Positions 52,761 through 64,000 of a DNA stretch of 64,000 bases are shown piece by piece. Below the pieces are notes generated by a model. The model did no database searches, was not told the DNA's origin, and saw only the letters and a program-made list of their open reading frames with translations. The stretch comes from Lama guanicoe. Its lineage: Eukaryota. The position numbers were made by a program, and so were the translations under genes. Every line of letters begins with the position of its first letter. The first letter of the stretch is position 1. The stretch is taken from assembly GCA_013239625.1 (NCBI GenBank), contig MU053994.1, positions 2,237,589 through 2,301,588 of the forward strand, read 5' to 3'.

Positions 52761-53965
52761 GGTCGGCTGGTAGGCCAGAGAAGGCGAGGAGGTTCAGAGC
52801 TGGAAAGGACCCCTGCCCCTCAAACTCTTTCCACCACACACCTCTCATAACTTTGATCTCACAGGAAGCCCAGAGGAGTTGAGAAGAGGAAAGGAAAGAA
52901 CAATCAGACTCACGTTTGGTGGTGATGGTTTTGTTTTTGTTTTTTAACATATTCACATTCCTGGCATCTCCCAAGCTTTCAAACCCCCCTGTGAGCGTGT
53001 GGGGCAGGGGTCTGTTACCAGCCTTTGACAGAACAGATGAGGACCAGGAGCCAGGGAGGTTGAAATGAAAAGCCTGGATGTTAGAGTCAGGTCAGGGCCG
53101 CCTAGGTCCTGGTTCTGCCCGCGTCCTGCTGTTTCAGGGTCGCAAGGCAGGCGGGGAAGGAAGTGAGGGTGAGTAGGCTGTGGGCTTAGTAGGGAGGCGC
53201 GTGGATGGTGGAGCTGGGTTGACCAGGTCGAAGTCTCCTGCTAAGTTGTATAACCTTGTGTGAACCACTTACTACTCCGTGCCTCGGTTTCCTCATCTGT
53301 AAAATGGGGATCGTGATAGGATGGCTATCACGATAGGATGGTTAGTAAAGGGGAAGTTTGGAACAGGGCCAGACGTGAAGTAGGTGATTTTATTGCTGCT
53401 GTTGTTTTCAGATGGGGGCGGGGGAGGGCGTCAAATGAAAGGCCACTTTGAACTTGGTTCCTCCCACCCTCCAGCCCCCTCCCCCCACAACGCACACTTG
53501 GAGGTCTTCGAGGACAAGTAGACCCCGGGGACGTTGCTGCTCTCGCCTCTGTATCTGGCTGCCACTGAGGTCAGGGCCCAGCGGCTTCTTTCTGTCCCCC
53601 TCTCGCTGTTTGCAGCTCTCTGGGTCCTGGTAAGCCAGGTCCATCGGGGCTCAGGGATCCCGGGACTGCCTTCTTGGTTGTGCAAGAACTACCCACAGAA
53701 TCCCAAGTGCCCTCAGAGAAGCAAGCGCTCCGATCAAGCGGTCCTCACGGGCCCAGCTTGCCCTCAAAGGCTGGTCCTTCCGGGAGGTTCTTTTGTCTCA
53801 GGCTTGACCCAAGATAAATAGATGTGATTAGGAGTTCAAAGCACTTTCCACTGGTTCGGCCTGAGGGGGCCCTTTGATGTGCTCCCATGCCTTCAACTCC
53901 CACCCCATCATCCCTGCCACCTCAGAGTCCTCTCAACTCCTCTCCCAGCTTTCATGCCTGTTCTT

Positions 53966-54105
53966 TTCGTCTTTTTTAATTTTGGGGGAGGCAATTAGGT
54001 TTTTATTTATTTATTTTAATGGAGGTACTGGGGGTCGAACCCAGGACCTTGTGCGTGCTAGGCACACACTCTACCACTGAGCTATACCTCCCCCCACCCC
54101 AGCCC
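53966..54105 (-). mobile_element. tRNA-Ala-derived SINE (vic-1 type)
   Basis: A and B boxes; 17-bp TSD ctttcatgcctgttctt at 53949-53965 and 54106-54122. Confidence 0.92.
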
Positions 54106-54987
54106 CTTTCATGCCTGTTCTTATTAAGCTGCTGCCTCAGCTCTCTGTGCAGGGGCAGCCGAGTCTTGCCTATGGAGGAGGAGCTGGGTCCACCCCGCCA
54201 CCCCCTGCCTCCCGACACCCAGTCGTTTACCAAATCACCAGTTCCAAGCTGAAGCCAGCACGCTGTAGCAGGTCGGCAAAACCCAAACCATTTCATTTTG
54301 CACCTCGGTTGCACAACCTGAAATTTTGATATGCTTGTAAACGGTGGATGGGTGAATCACGCCTGCCTCTCGGGCTAGCTAATTAGATGGGGGCCTGCCT
54401 GGTCTCCCAGAACTTGGCCCAGGGAAGGGAGGAATCATTATGAGCTTTCTTCTGTTTTCTTTGAATAGGGTAGACAAACCTGTGGAATTTTCCTTAAAAC
54501 TTGAGAGATGGCTTTGAGAGATGGTGTTGTAATTGCTCAAAATGGACCCTCTGCCACCGATGGGTTCCCCGGTGGGTTTAGGCTGCTAAGCCCCCAAACT
54601 CAAAGGGAGGGAGGTACGAGGTGGCGAGGCCTCTCCCAGCCTCTTGGGCACATTTCAGGACTGGTCACTGTGGCCAGGTTTCCCCGCCACCAACACAGGC
54701 CACGGGGGCCTCAGCTGGCTGGCTTCTGGGGCTCTCGTTCCACCCCCAGGGCTCCTCCGGCTGGGGGATTTGATGATGAGTGCCTGTGAGGGAGGAACTT
54801 CCTCATCAGATGAAAGCGGTTGTAGGGAACACGAGGAGCATTTCTGGGAGAATCTCCAGGAAGGAGGCGGATCCCTGCCCTGAGCTTCCCTGGAGGGCAG
54901 ACACACTGGGGGTTCTGGCTGCTTTTATGCTTTTACCTCCAGGAGGGCCGGTCTGTCTTTTCTAATCCAAGAGGGAATGATGACCTA

Positions 54988-55625
54988 GGTTTGTTTGTTC
55001 AACAAATATTTAGTGAGTGGCTGCCACGTGCTAGGAGCTGGTCTAGGCACTGGAGCCATATCCGTGAGCAAAATGGACAGAGGATTCCACCTCTCATGGA
55101 GTTTACCCTCTAGGAAAAGGGGAAGACAAACCATAAACACAACAAATGAGTAAATGATCTCATCTCTTAAAAAGGAGAGAAGTGCTATGGAAACTGTAAA
55201 AAGAGAGGAGAAGGGGGGTTGGGAGTGTGAGGTGGGGGCGGTGGCTGAATTGAATAGGATGGTCAGGGAGGCCTCATCACAAAGATGACATTGGAGCAAA
55301 GTCTCAAAGGAAGTAAAGGAGTAGGCTGGGCAGTTATCTGGGGAAAGAGTGTTCCAGCCAGAGGGAAAAGCCAGTGCAAAGGTCCTGAGGCAGGGTCACC
55401 TGGGAGATTCCAGGAGCAGCAAGGAGGCCAGTGTGGCTGAGGCAGAGGGAGGAGGAGAATAGAAGATAAGAGCAGAGATGTGAGAGGTGGGACAGGTTCT
55501 TGTACTCTCTTGTACCCAACAGTCTTGGAGATCATTGTCGGGACCTTGGCTTTGACTTTGAGTAAAATGGGGAGTCACTGCAGAGCTTTGAGCAAAGGAG
55601 TGACATGAACTGACTGAAGTTTTAA
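54988..55625 (-). mobile_element. L2 LINE 3' fragment
   Basis: ttcaacaaatatttagtgag...ccagtgcaaaggtcctgaggcagg...gcaaggaggccagtgtggctg. Confidence 0.85.
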
Positions 55626-55783
55626 AAAAAATTTTTTTTAATCTTTTAGTTTTTTTATTTTTGGGGGGGAGATAATTAGGTTTATTTATTTGTTTTTCAT
55701 TCATTCATTTTTGATGGAGGTATCAGGGATTAAACCCAGGACCTTGTGCATGCACTCTACAGCTTGAGCTATACCTTCCCCCA
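55626..55783 (-). mobile_element. tRNA-Ala-derived SINE (vic-1 type)
   Basis: gataattaggtttatttatt...gggattaaacccaggaccttgtgcatgc...gagctataccttcccc. Confidence 0.85.
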
Positions 55784-56544
55784 CAACTTAGGTTTTAAAC
55801 AGATCACCTTTTTAATACAAACTTCCCAAAATTCTCACGCAGGATAGAAAAGAAATAAGCAATACTAAATTTCAGTGTTGAGTTTCTAATATGCGCTATG
55901 TCTTGTGTGTCCCAGTTTCTAACAGTATAGCAGGCTCTTCATTTAAGGAATTCACTGTGTGTGTGTGTGTATTGCAGGGGAGGGAGGGGGTCCTGTTAGA
56001 GACACGAAGCAAATTCAATTACAACACCAAGGGAAGAAGCAGAGTTGATGGGAGGAGTCAAAGAAGGTCTCCTGAAGGGATGACAGAACTGGGTTCTGAA
56101 GGCTGAATAGGAGTTTTCCAGGTTGGACAAAATGGGGAAAGGTCATTCCAATAAAGGAAATAACCTGTAGAAAGGAATAGAGGCTTGAAAGAGCAGAGAA
56201 TTATAAGTAATTCAGGGAATGAGTGGACATTGTACTGTGGAATGTGCCAGAGGGAGTGGGCAGAGATGAAGTTGAAGAGAAAAAGGAGAGTGAGAGAGAG
56301 AGAGTGAAGGAGAACAAATGCCCACCTCTTCTCCCATGGCACGTGAAGATATGCTCTCTGCCCAGGCTTCAAACGTCAACAACAAATGTAATCTGGTTTC
56401 CGAGATTTCACCTGGCCAAGTCTGATAGGTTCTTTGTGCTAGGTTTTGTCCTAGTTTGGGCTGAATTTTTTTTCACTTTCCTGTTTTTATTTATCAAAAC
56501 TTGTACAAACCTGACCTCATTCACCAACACAAAACATACAACCA

Positions 56545-56919
56545 GGACACACATGCAGAAGCAGACCCTGAGTGCAAGGAGTTTATTTGGGAGGTGATCC
56601 CCAGAGACACCAGTAAGGGCACAGGAGGGAATGAGACAGGGAAGCGAAGAAAAGTGGTAGAGGGTGAGTGAATAAGCGGATGGGAAACAGACTCAATGCT
56701 GCCAGGTCCTCTGGAAGTGAGTGTAGAATTTACCTGAGGGGTGAGGGAGCTGGGGTATTTATCCTCCAACCCTATCAGTCATTAGTTGAGGGCTGCTCCT
56801 TGAGAGTGGTAACTCCTTGGCCCTCACAGCCTTCCCTGCAGCCAAGGAAGCTCCCCCAAGACAAAGAGCTGGAGATGCATACCAGGGTCATTTGCATAGG
56901 TACCTACAGCATCTGTTAC
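56545..56919 (-). mobile_element. LTR16-like ERVL LTR
   Basis: gaagcagaccctgagtgcaaggagtttatttgggaggtgatcccc...cagcatctgttaca. Confidence 0.65.
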
Positions 56920-57084
56920 AATTGCTACCTGTTACATCTACACCACTCTTCTGGAGGGGCCTTGAGCCCACCTGTGGATGCCAATGTGGATGGAGTCAAA
57001 GGCAGACCAGGCTGAGGCCCACACTCGGATGTTCTGGGCTCCATCTTGCTGTAGTCCACGTGACACAGGCTCAGGGGTAAAGGG

Positions 57085-57447
57085 ACAGTATTTGTCTTGT
57101 TGTGTCTGGCTTCTTTCACTTAGCTTAATGTCTTCATGGTTCTTCCATGTTCTAGCATATATCAGAATTTCCTTCCTTTTTAAGGCTGAATGATATTCCA
57201 TTGCATGGATAGACCACATTTTGCTCATGGCCATGTGGGTTGCCTCTTCTCTTTGGTTATTGTGCATAATGCTGCTTTGAACATAGGTGTGCAAATGTCT
57301 GTTCGAACCTCTGCTTGCAATTCTATACCTAGAAGTGGAACGATTAGATCACACAACAATTCTATGTGTAACTTGTGAAGAAACCACCATCCTGTTTTCT
57401 ACAGAGGCTATGCCATTTTATATCCCCTCCAGCAACACATGAGAATC
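57085..57447 (-). mobile_element. L1MB-type fragment
   Basis: ORF 56938-57294(-) MWSIHAMEYHSALKRKEIL is the ORF2 C-terminus. Confidence 0.8.
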
Positions 57448-58017
57448 TCTTCTGAGGACCCTGGGGTACAGCTCTTCCCACCAGCTGGTGAGGTGGCGAT
57501 GGGCTGAGGACCACCCCCCACATGGAGGGATCATGGCAGGGTCAAGTGAGGACACACCCAGACTTACATGGCCAGGCTTGGTGACAGTTCAGGGGACCCT
57601 TTTGGTCTCTGAGTGTCCAGTTCATTCTACTATGGCCACCTCACTTCAGTTGAACTACATCATGGTGCTGGACAACTAGAAGGACGTGGGTTTGAGTCCC
57701 ACCTTTCCTGGGGCTGTGTGACCTCAGACAAAGGACTTTGCCTTTCTGAGCCTCAGTTTCCTTCTCTGTTCAAACAAATGGGAAGAGTAACAGAGTGGGG
57801 GCGGGCATGCCATGAAGTAACGGGAGTCTGGGGCTTATTATAGTGCCTGGCAGATGGTCTGTGCTCTGTCGGTGGGGTACCATTTTTTTTTTGTCATTAT
57901 GATCTGTTTCTGGGGATCCTTCTGTGGGTGAGCATCTTGGTGGCAACTTACGCACCTGAAGTCAAGGTTAAGAGCCTCCTTGGTGCCCATTTCTGGGCTA
58001 GGATTTGGGGCTAGAGT

Positions 58018-58930
58018 GTGGTGCTGGACACCATAATACATGGCCCAGGTTCCCCTTTAAGAAAGCACTTACTATCCCGGTTTGTGGGGGGTTTTCAGGG
58101 GCCCCTTCTGGCTGTCAGCACCTTTAGGGGCTGTCTCAGCAACAGAGAGTGCCCGAGTCAAAGTCGTACCCTTTCAGTGGCCTTCTAATATGGGGTATAA
58201 AGGCCTAGTCACGTGGGCCCACCTCGGGCAACCCTGTGGAAGGCTGACTAATGCCCCACACCCTCCCCAGATGTCCACATCCTAGTTCCGGGAATCTGTG
58301 AATATGTTCGTCACCTCACATGGCAAAAGGGACTTTGCAGGTGTGATTAAGGATCTTGAGATGCAGACATTAGCCTAGATTATACTGGTGGACCCAGTGT
58401 AATGACAAGGGGCCTTAGCAGAGTGGGGCAGGAGGAGGATCAGAGTCACAGGAGATGTGATCATGGAAGCAGAGGTCAGAGCGATGTGCCTGCTGGCTCT
58501 GAAGCTGGAGGCAGGGCCCAGGGCCAAGAGATGCAGGTGGCCTCTGGAAGCCAGAAAAAGCAAGGAAATGGATTTTCCCCTGAAGCCTCCAGAAGGAACA
58601 CAATCCGGTTGCCCCCTCGATTTTGGAGTTTGGAACCCTTGAACTCTAAGAGAATAAATTTGTGGTGATGCAAGGCAGCAAGTTTGTGGGACTTCCCTCC
58701 AGCAGCAATAGGAAACGAATACAAGTCTGAAGGTGGGTCCAGCTCCAGGGCCCCCTGTGGCGGGGTTGGGGAGTGGGGCCCTGTAGGCTGCTGCTCGGCC
58801 TCCCTTGGTCCAGTCCTGCACTCCCCACTCCCCTCCCCAGGAGTCGGTGCCACGGGGTCTCCCTAATGAACATCCTGCATCTTAAGCTCCATCTCAGAGT
58901 CTGCTTTCTGGGAAACCAAACCTGCCACAG
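58018..58930 (+). mobile_element. LTR16-like ERVL LTR split by MLT1D
   Basis: ggggtataaaggcc...; 3' end ctccctaatgaacatcctgc...ctccatctcagagtctgctttctgggaaaccaaacctgccaca. Confidence 0.65.
58235..58723 (+). mobile_element. MLT1D-like solo LTR
   Basis: tgtggaaggctgactaatgcccc...ggcaaaagggactttgcaggtgtgattaagg...gcaataggaaacgaataca. Confidence 0.85.
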
Positions 58931-58935
58931 CTGGC

Positions 58936-59000
58936 ATATACACACACACACACACACACACACATACATACATACATACATACACACATACATACATATA
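58936..59000 (+). repeat. (CA)n/(CATA)n microsatellite
   Basis: Direct reading. Confidence 0.95.
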
Positions 59001-59677
59001 ATGTACAGCTTTATTATGGACAATATAAAACAGACACAAAAGTAGCGATAGTAATATAATGATCTCCCATGATCTCACTGCCCAGCTCGGACAATCCTCA
59101 ACTCATGGCCAATCTTATCTGATCTATAGGAGAATGATAGTTTAAAGGGAGACGCATAGCTCTGGCCCTGGAGACCCTCCCGATCCGGGTTGGGATTTCA
59201 GATGGTACAGACATCTCTGAGGCCAAGAAAATGCCAGGCAGCAGTCCCCATGGCAGCGAGTGTGGGGCCAGGGGCGCAGAGAAGCAGCCTTAGAGAAAGG
59301 CAGGAAGAGAGCCGGCCAGAGCCAACGGGGCAGCCCGCATCTTGAAGGGTGGGTCCTAGGTCACAGGCAAACTTGCCTAAAGGGTCCTGAGTCCAGGGCT
59401 GGAGGCAGGTGATGTGAAGGGACAGTGGCAGGCAGCACTGAACAGAGCCGACATCACCTGCCTTTGTGTTACACTCCATTGTCTTTCTAATTTTTTTTTA
59501 AAAATAGGTCTCCACCTGCTTCTATATGACTCTATTAATAATGACAGTGCGAGAATGGTGCCAGGCGCTGGGCCAAGCACGAATCTGCCCAACAACCCAG
59601 GAGGCAGATACTCTTTTTATCCTCATTTCACTGAGACTCAATGATTTAAGGCCACTCGGCCAAGGTCCCATGGATGG

Positions 59678-60140
59678 TGTATTAGTTTCCCAGCGTTGCT
59701 GTAACAAATTACCAGAGACTGGGTGGCTTGCAACTACAGAAATAGATTCTCTCACAGTCCTGGAGCCCAGCACTTTGAAATCAAGGTGTTGGCCAGGCTG
59801 CGCTCCCTCCCAAGGCTCTAGGGAAGAATCTTTCCTTGCCTCTTCCTGTTTCTGGTGGCCCCAGTCATCCCTTGGCTTGTGGCCACATCACTCCAATCTC
59901 TTCCTCTGTCTTCACATGCTCTTCTTTCCTCTCCATGTGACTTTTCTGTTTGTCCCTTGTCAGGACACTTGTCATGGGCTTCCAAGGTCCACTTGGATAA
60001 TCCAGGATGATCTCATCTCAAGATCCTTACTTTAAATACATCTGCAAACACCCTTTTTTTCCCATTAAGCTCACATTCCCAGGTTCCAGGGGTTAAGATG
60101 TGGACGTAGCTTTTTGGATGCCAGCGTTCAGTCCACTACA
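59678..60140 (-). mobile_element. MLT1C/D-like solo LTR
   Basis: tgtattagtttccc...cagtccactaca, with near-TSD gatgg/gatag. Confidence 0.85.
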
Positions 60141-60249
60141 GATAGGAATAGAGGGACCAGGCGTCTGAACCTAAGAAAAAGGATCTGCTGTCCCTGGAAT
60201 GTGATACAATCTTGCCAGAAAGAGCTGGACCAGTAGGAACCGCCTTGTC

Positions 60250-60782
60250 CTGGTTTTACAACATGGCCACAAGGTCTTTGACGCTCCTCCCATGGAAAGG
60301 TGATGTCACTGCCCTTCACCTTGAATCTGAGTGGGCTTATGACTCACTTGTCAAAAGAATGTGGCATGACTTCCAATGGTGCATCAGAAAAGGCAATGCC
60401 GTGTCTACCTTTTTTGCAGAAACATTTGCTTTTGGAGCTCTGAGCTGTCATGTGAACGGTCGGACTGCCCTGAGGCCACCATCCTGGGAGTTAGCCCAGG
60501 CCACAAGGAGAGGTCCCGCGTAGGCATTCTGACCAATAGCTCTAGCTGAGATAGCTGACAGCCAGCATCCCCTGCCTCCAGATGATTCCACCCCCCAGCT
60601 CTCCAGTCACCCCCAGCCATGGAGTCTTCCCAGCTGAGGCCTCAGATTGTGGCACAGAGACAAGCTGACCCTGCTGTCCCCTGACTGAATTCCTGACCCA
60701 TGGAATCTGAGGCTAATAAAATGGCTATTTTAGGCCACTAAGTTTGGGGGTGGTTTGTCCCACAGCAACAGTAATCAGGACA
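60250..60782 (+). mobile_element. MLT1-type LTR
   Basis: atggccacaaggtctttgacgctcctccc...ggccactaagtttgggggtggtttgt. Confidence 0.7.
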
Positions 60783-62693
60783 CCCCCCTCCTTGTCTAAA
60801 GAAAGCCCCAAATAGGAGGTTAGCAGTTCCTGAGAAATAGGTCTGATTCAGAGAGAGGCAAAGAAAATATATCTCATCTGAACAAGCACCCCTGCCCCAA
60901 TTCCCAGTGGTTCTCTGATGAGAGATGGGGGCGCGGCGGGTGGCACAGAAAATAGAAACCTCCCTTCCCCCAGGACCCACTCGCAGACAGGCCTCCCGCA
61001 CCCCCACCCACGAGCTGCCGTCCCTCCAGCCCCTGCCAGAGCAAGGCTCCCGAACGAACGCAGCTACAGTGGAGCCCAGCGGCTGGCGGTTACAACTTCC
61101 CATGCAGCTGCGGCTGACTGCAGGCCGCTGGCCACATCCCTCCCCAGGCCCGGCCACCTGACGGACCACACGGCCAGCCCCCAGGGGCCCAGCCTACCCT
61201 ACCCCAGGAGGCTGGCTGTTCCTCCAGCCCTGCCTTTGCCAGGGCCTGGGGTCTGTCTGCAGCCCCGGCTGCCAATTACAGCACAGCCCCATTCATTTGC
61301 TGGATTGGATCTTTGGATTTTGTCATTTGCTATGCGGAGGTTTTCTTTCTGACTAATTTGTTTACCAGGTTTAATTCTTCAATCATGTTTTCATTTTAAG
61401 AGATTTCAGGGTAATTATGAACTTTGAATAAATCCATCTGAGGCACCAAAGTGCACTCGGCTTAGCTCGGCTTTGCCAGGGCCTGCCATTCTGTTGCTAC
61501 ACTTGAGATTTGGTGTGAATAGGACCTTTCCTGCCCCCTCCCCCACCGACGCCGGCAATTGAAAACAGCTGGGCCTCTAGGAGCCAAGGTCAGGATTTGA
61601 GAAAAAGCCACAGCTGAAAACCACACTGGAGTTGGGGAGAGATGGAATCAGGCTGGTGTGTGAGTGAGGTTCCAGAACCTGCGAGATTCTGGCCCCTCTC
61701 CACCGCCTCATCCAGGCTGCTGCCCCGGGCATCTGGCAGAGGGACCTGAGGCCTGGGCTGCCCCAGCATTGCCAGCTGAGTGTTTGTCGAAGCAGCGTGC
61801 AGTGACACCTGGGAAAGGACCAGAGGCACAGGCTGGAGGCTGTGCTCTGGCTCCAGCCAGATAGTCCCTGAACAGTGGAGCCAATAGGCAAAGTTTCCGA
61901 GCCCTCAGGAGTCAACTAGAAATAGATGAAGGATGATGATGACAATTCCTGTTCTCTCCACTTTGCAGGCTTGTCTCGAAGGAGCTGATGGAGTGGGCGG
62001 CATTTCATAAGCTGTATCATTTGGCACAGTTGTGAGGTGATGGTGTTGTGGAACTAAGTCTCTTGGACGTATCAGCAGGGTCACACTGGCAGGCTGGGGT
62101 GATGTGACACCTGGACAATGAATACAAAGGCAGGAAATGTCACCGGGCCCCTAGATGTCTTGACTCCATCACGATTTCTCAACCAATGTGTCCTGGCTCC
62201 TGGGTGTGCTGGGATGGTCTCTATGGAGTGTGTGAGCATATGAATTGTGACTCTGAATCCCAGTTCTGGCCTCAGCACCTTATCAGTGCCACACAGGAGG
62301 GCTGCGTGTGTCCCGCATCTTATCAGTACCAACAAATTAGGGTTGCCTAATTTGCATATCCATACCAAACTTACAAGCAAACCCAGCCGGGTGAGTAGTG
62401 CAGTGTGTGCAGTAATCATAACTAGGATCAATGGATTAGGCTTAGCTAATTTACATGCAGCCAATCATAGCCAAGGTATAAACAGCAAAGCTGCTGGGGG
62501 AGCCAATCACATGAAGGGAATTCACCACCATAGACCACAAGCCCCTGAGCGTCCCCAGCTGGATGGGCACCCACTCCCACTGCAGGAGAGAGGCCGTGGA
62601 GGACTCAGGACTTGCTCTGACAAGGTGCTGGATCCCATCCACCCACAGTGACAGCCTGAGTGACCAAGGGTGAGAGGAAGAGAGTGACTATAC

Positions 62694-63286
62694 TGTCATA
62701 GTTTGGATTCGCTCAAAAGCAAGCCTGAGATGAAGAAGATTCAAGGGCAGAAAGCGCCAGCAGGGGAGTGCAGGTGTACGGGAAGACAGCTAATAAAGGA
62801 TGCACAAGCAAGCCAGGTACCTCTGGGGGCAACTGTCATGGGCTGAAATGCATCTTCTGAAAATTCATATGTTGAAGTCCTAACCCCCAGGACCTCTGAA
62901 TGTGATTGTACTGAGAGATAGGGTCTTTAACGAGGTGATTAAAGTAAACTGAGGTTCTTAGGACGAGCCCTGATCCAATCTGACTGGTATCCATAGGACA
63001 CAGACACACAGAGAGGAATGACCGTGTGAAGACACAGGGTGGTGAGGAAGCTGGGGGATTTAATCCACCAGCTTGCGTCAGTCATTCACTGGGGGCTGTT
63101 TCCAGGGGAGCACTGATTTCCACACCCCCAGTCAGCTGCAGGCAGAGGCAAAGCAGCTTTGGTGACCAGTAGAAGCCCCCAGGTGAAGAAGTTCAGGGAT
63201 TGCCATTTGAAAGTTGGGCCTGGAGGCCCTAAGTGGTAAGAGCGAGGGGACTTGTGGGAGGCAACAGTGACAGCATCTGGTGCACA
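62694..63286 (-). mobile_element. LTR16-like LTR with an inserted MLT1A/B fragment (about 62834-63037, plus strand)
   Basis: Ends gacagcatctggtgcaca; insert tgtcatgggctgaa...aattcatatgttgaagtcctaaccccc. Confidence 0.6.
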
Positions 63287-64000
63287 GGCCTATGAGATGA
63301 ATAATGGACTATCTTAGGTACCTGCCTAGGCGCTAAGCTACAGTAGCCTTTAACCCCTGCCCCAGAGGAATATGTGTGGATGTGGCGTGTGTGTTCATAG
63401 GAAGGTTTAGATAGAATATATATTCTCATATTGGACTATCCCATGTAAGGTTATACAACCCTGTAATAAATATAATTTGCAAAGGTTACCTCTGGTTAGT
63501 TTCCATACCAAAGCCAGTGGGGTAAATGGAACATATAACACAATTCACTGAGGTCTTGGACCCCTGTAGCTTTGGAGGCCTCCTAGTGAGATTAGGAGCA
63601 CTTCAGTGCCTCGTCTTAATTTTAGACCCGTGCACTGGGCTCAGCTAGGATGAGGGTGCTTTGAGTCAGGCTTCCTGGTTTGAAGCAACTGAGACAGATG
63701 CTACCCGACTTCAGTAGGAGAGGGATTTCGGGAAGGTGTGAGGTAGTCCACCGGCTTGAGAGAAGAGAATAGGACTCATAGCCAAGAACATTCCGGTTGG
63801 TGTGAGGTGGGTGTGACTTGTCAGCACACCCCCCATGCACAGCCTCTGTAGGGCACTGTCGCTGCTGGACTCTTGAGGTTGCCACCATATCACTGTCTCT
63901 GCCGCTTTATGACATTTCCTTGAGATTCAATTGGGGCTCTCTGGGCCTCCCTATCTCTGAGTGGCCTCTCCGCATGGCCTTTCCAACATGGCAGCTCAGG

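Overview
This is mammalian genomic DNA, not prokaryotic. It is most likely camelid, inferred from six copies of a tRNA-Ala-derived SINE matching the camelid vic-1 type and from Laurasiatherian-type L1 3' UTRs. No intact protein-coding gene is supportable; the ORF track is mostly noise or repeat relics. The window is an intergenic or intronic mosaic of eutherian repeats (L1/HAL1, L2, MIR, MLT1, LTR16/33/41-like, MER3/MER5A/Charlie, Tigger2-like) with GC-rich unique islands that look regulatory. Solid non-repeat calls are a full-length RPS23 processed pseudogene (13621-14161, minus strand, with TSD, poly-A, a premature stop and a +7 frameshift) and a full-length U6 snRNA pseudogene (17981-18088, minus strand). 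The most interesting observations are two further TSD-flanked L1-mediated insertions carrying non-repeat sequence (2268-2460 and 15481-16063), a strong minus-strand bias of L1 copies, an upstream-plus-core CTCF site, a p53-like element, and a 58-bp tandem duplication inside a CpG island. I found no evidence for a novel multi-gene system. Repeat subfamily names come from recalled consensus motifs, not a database search, and many repeat boundaries are approximate. Two assembly gaps are present.
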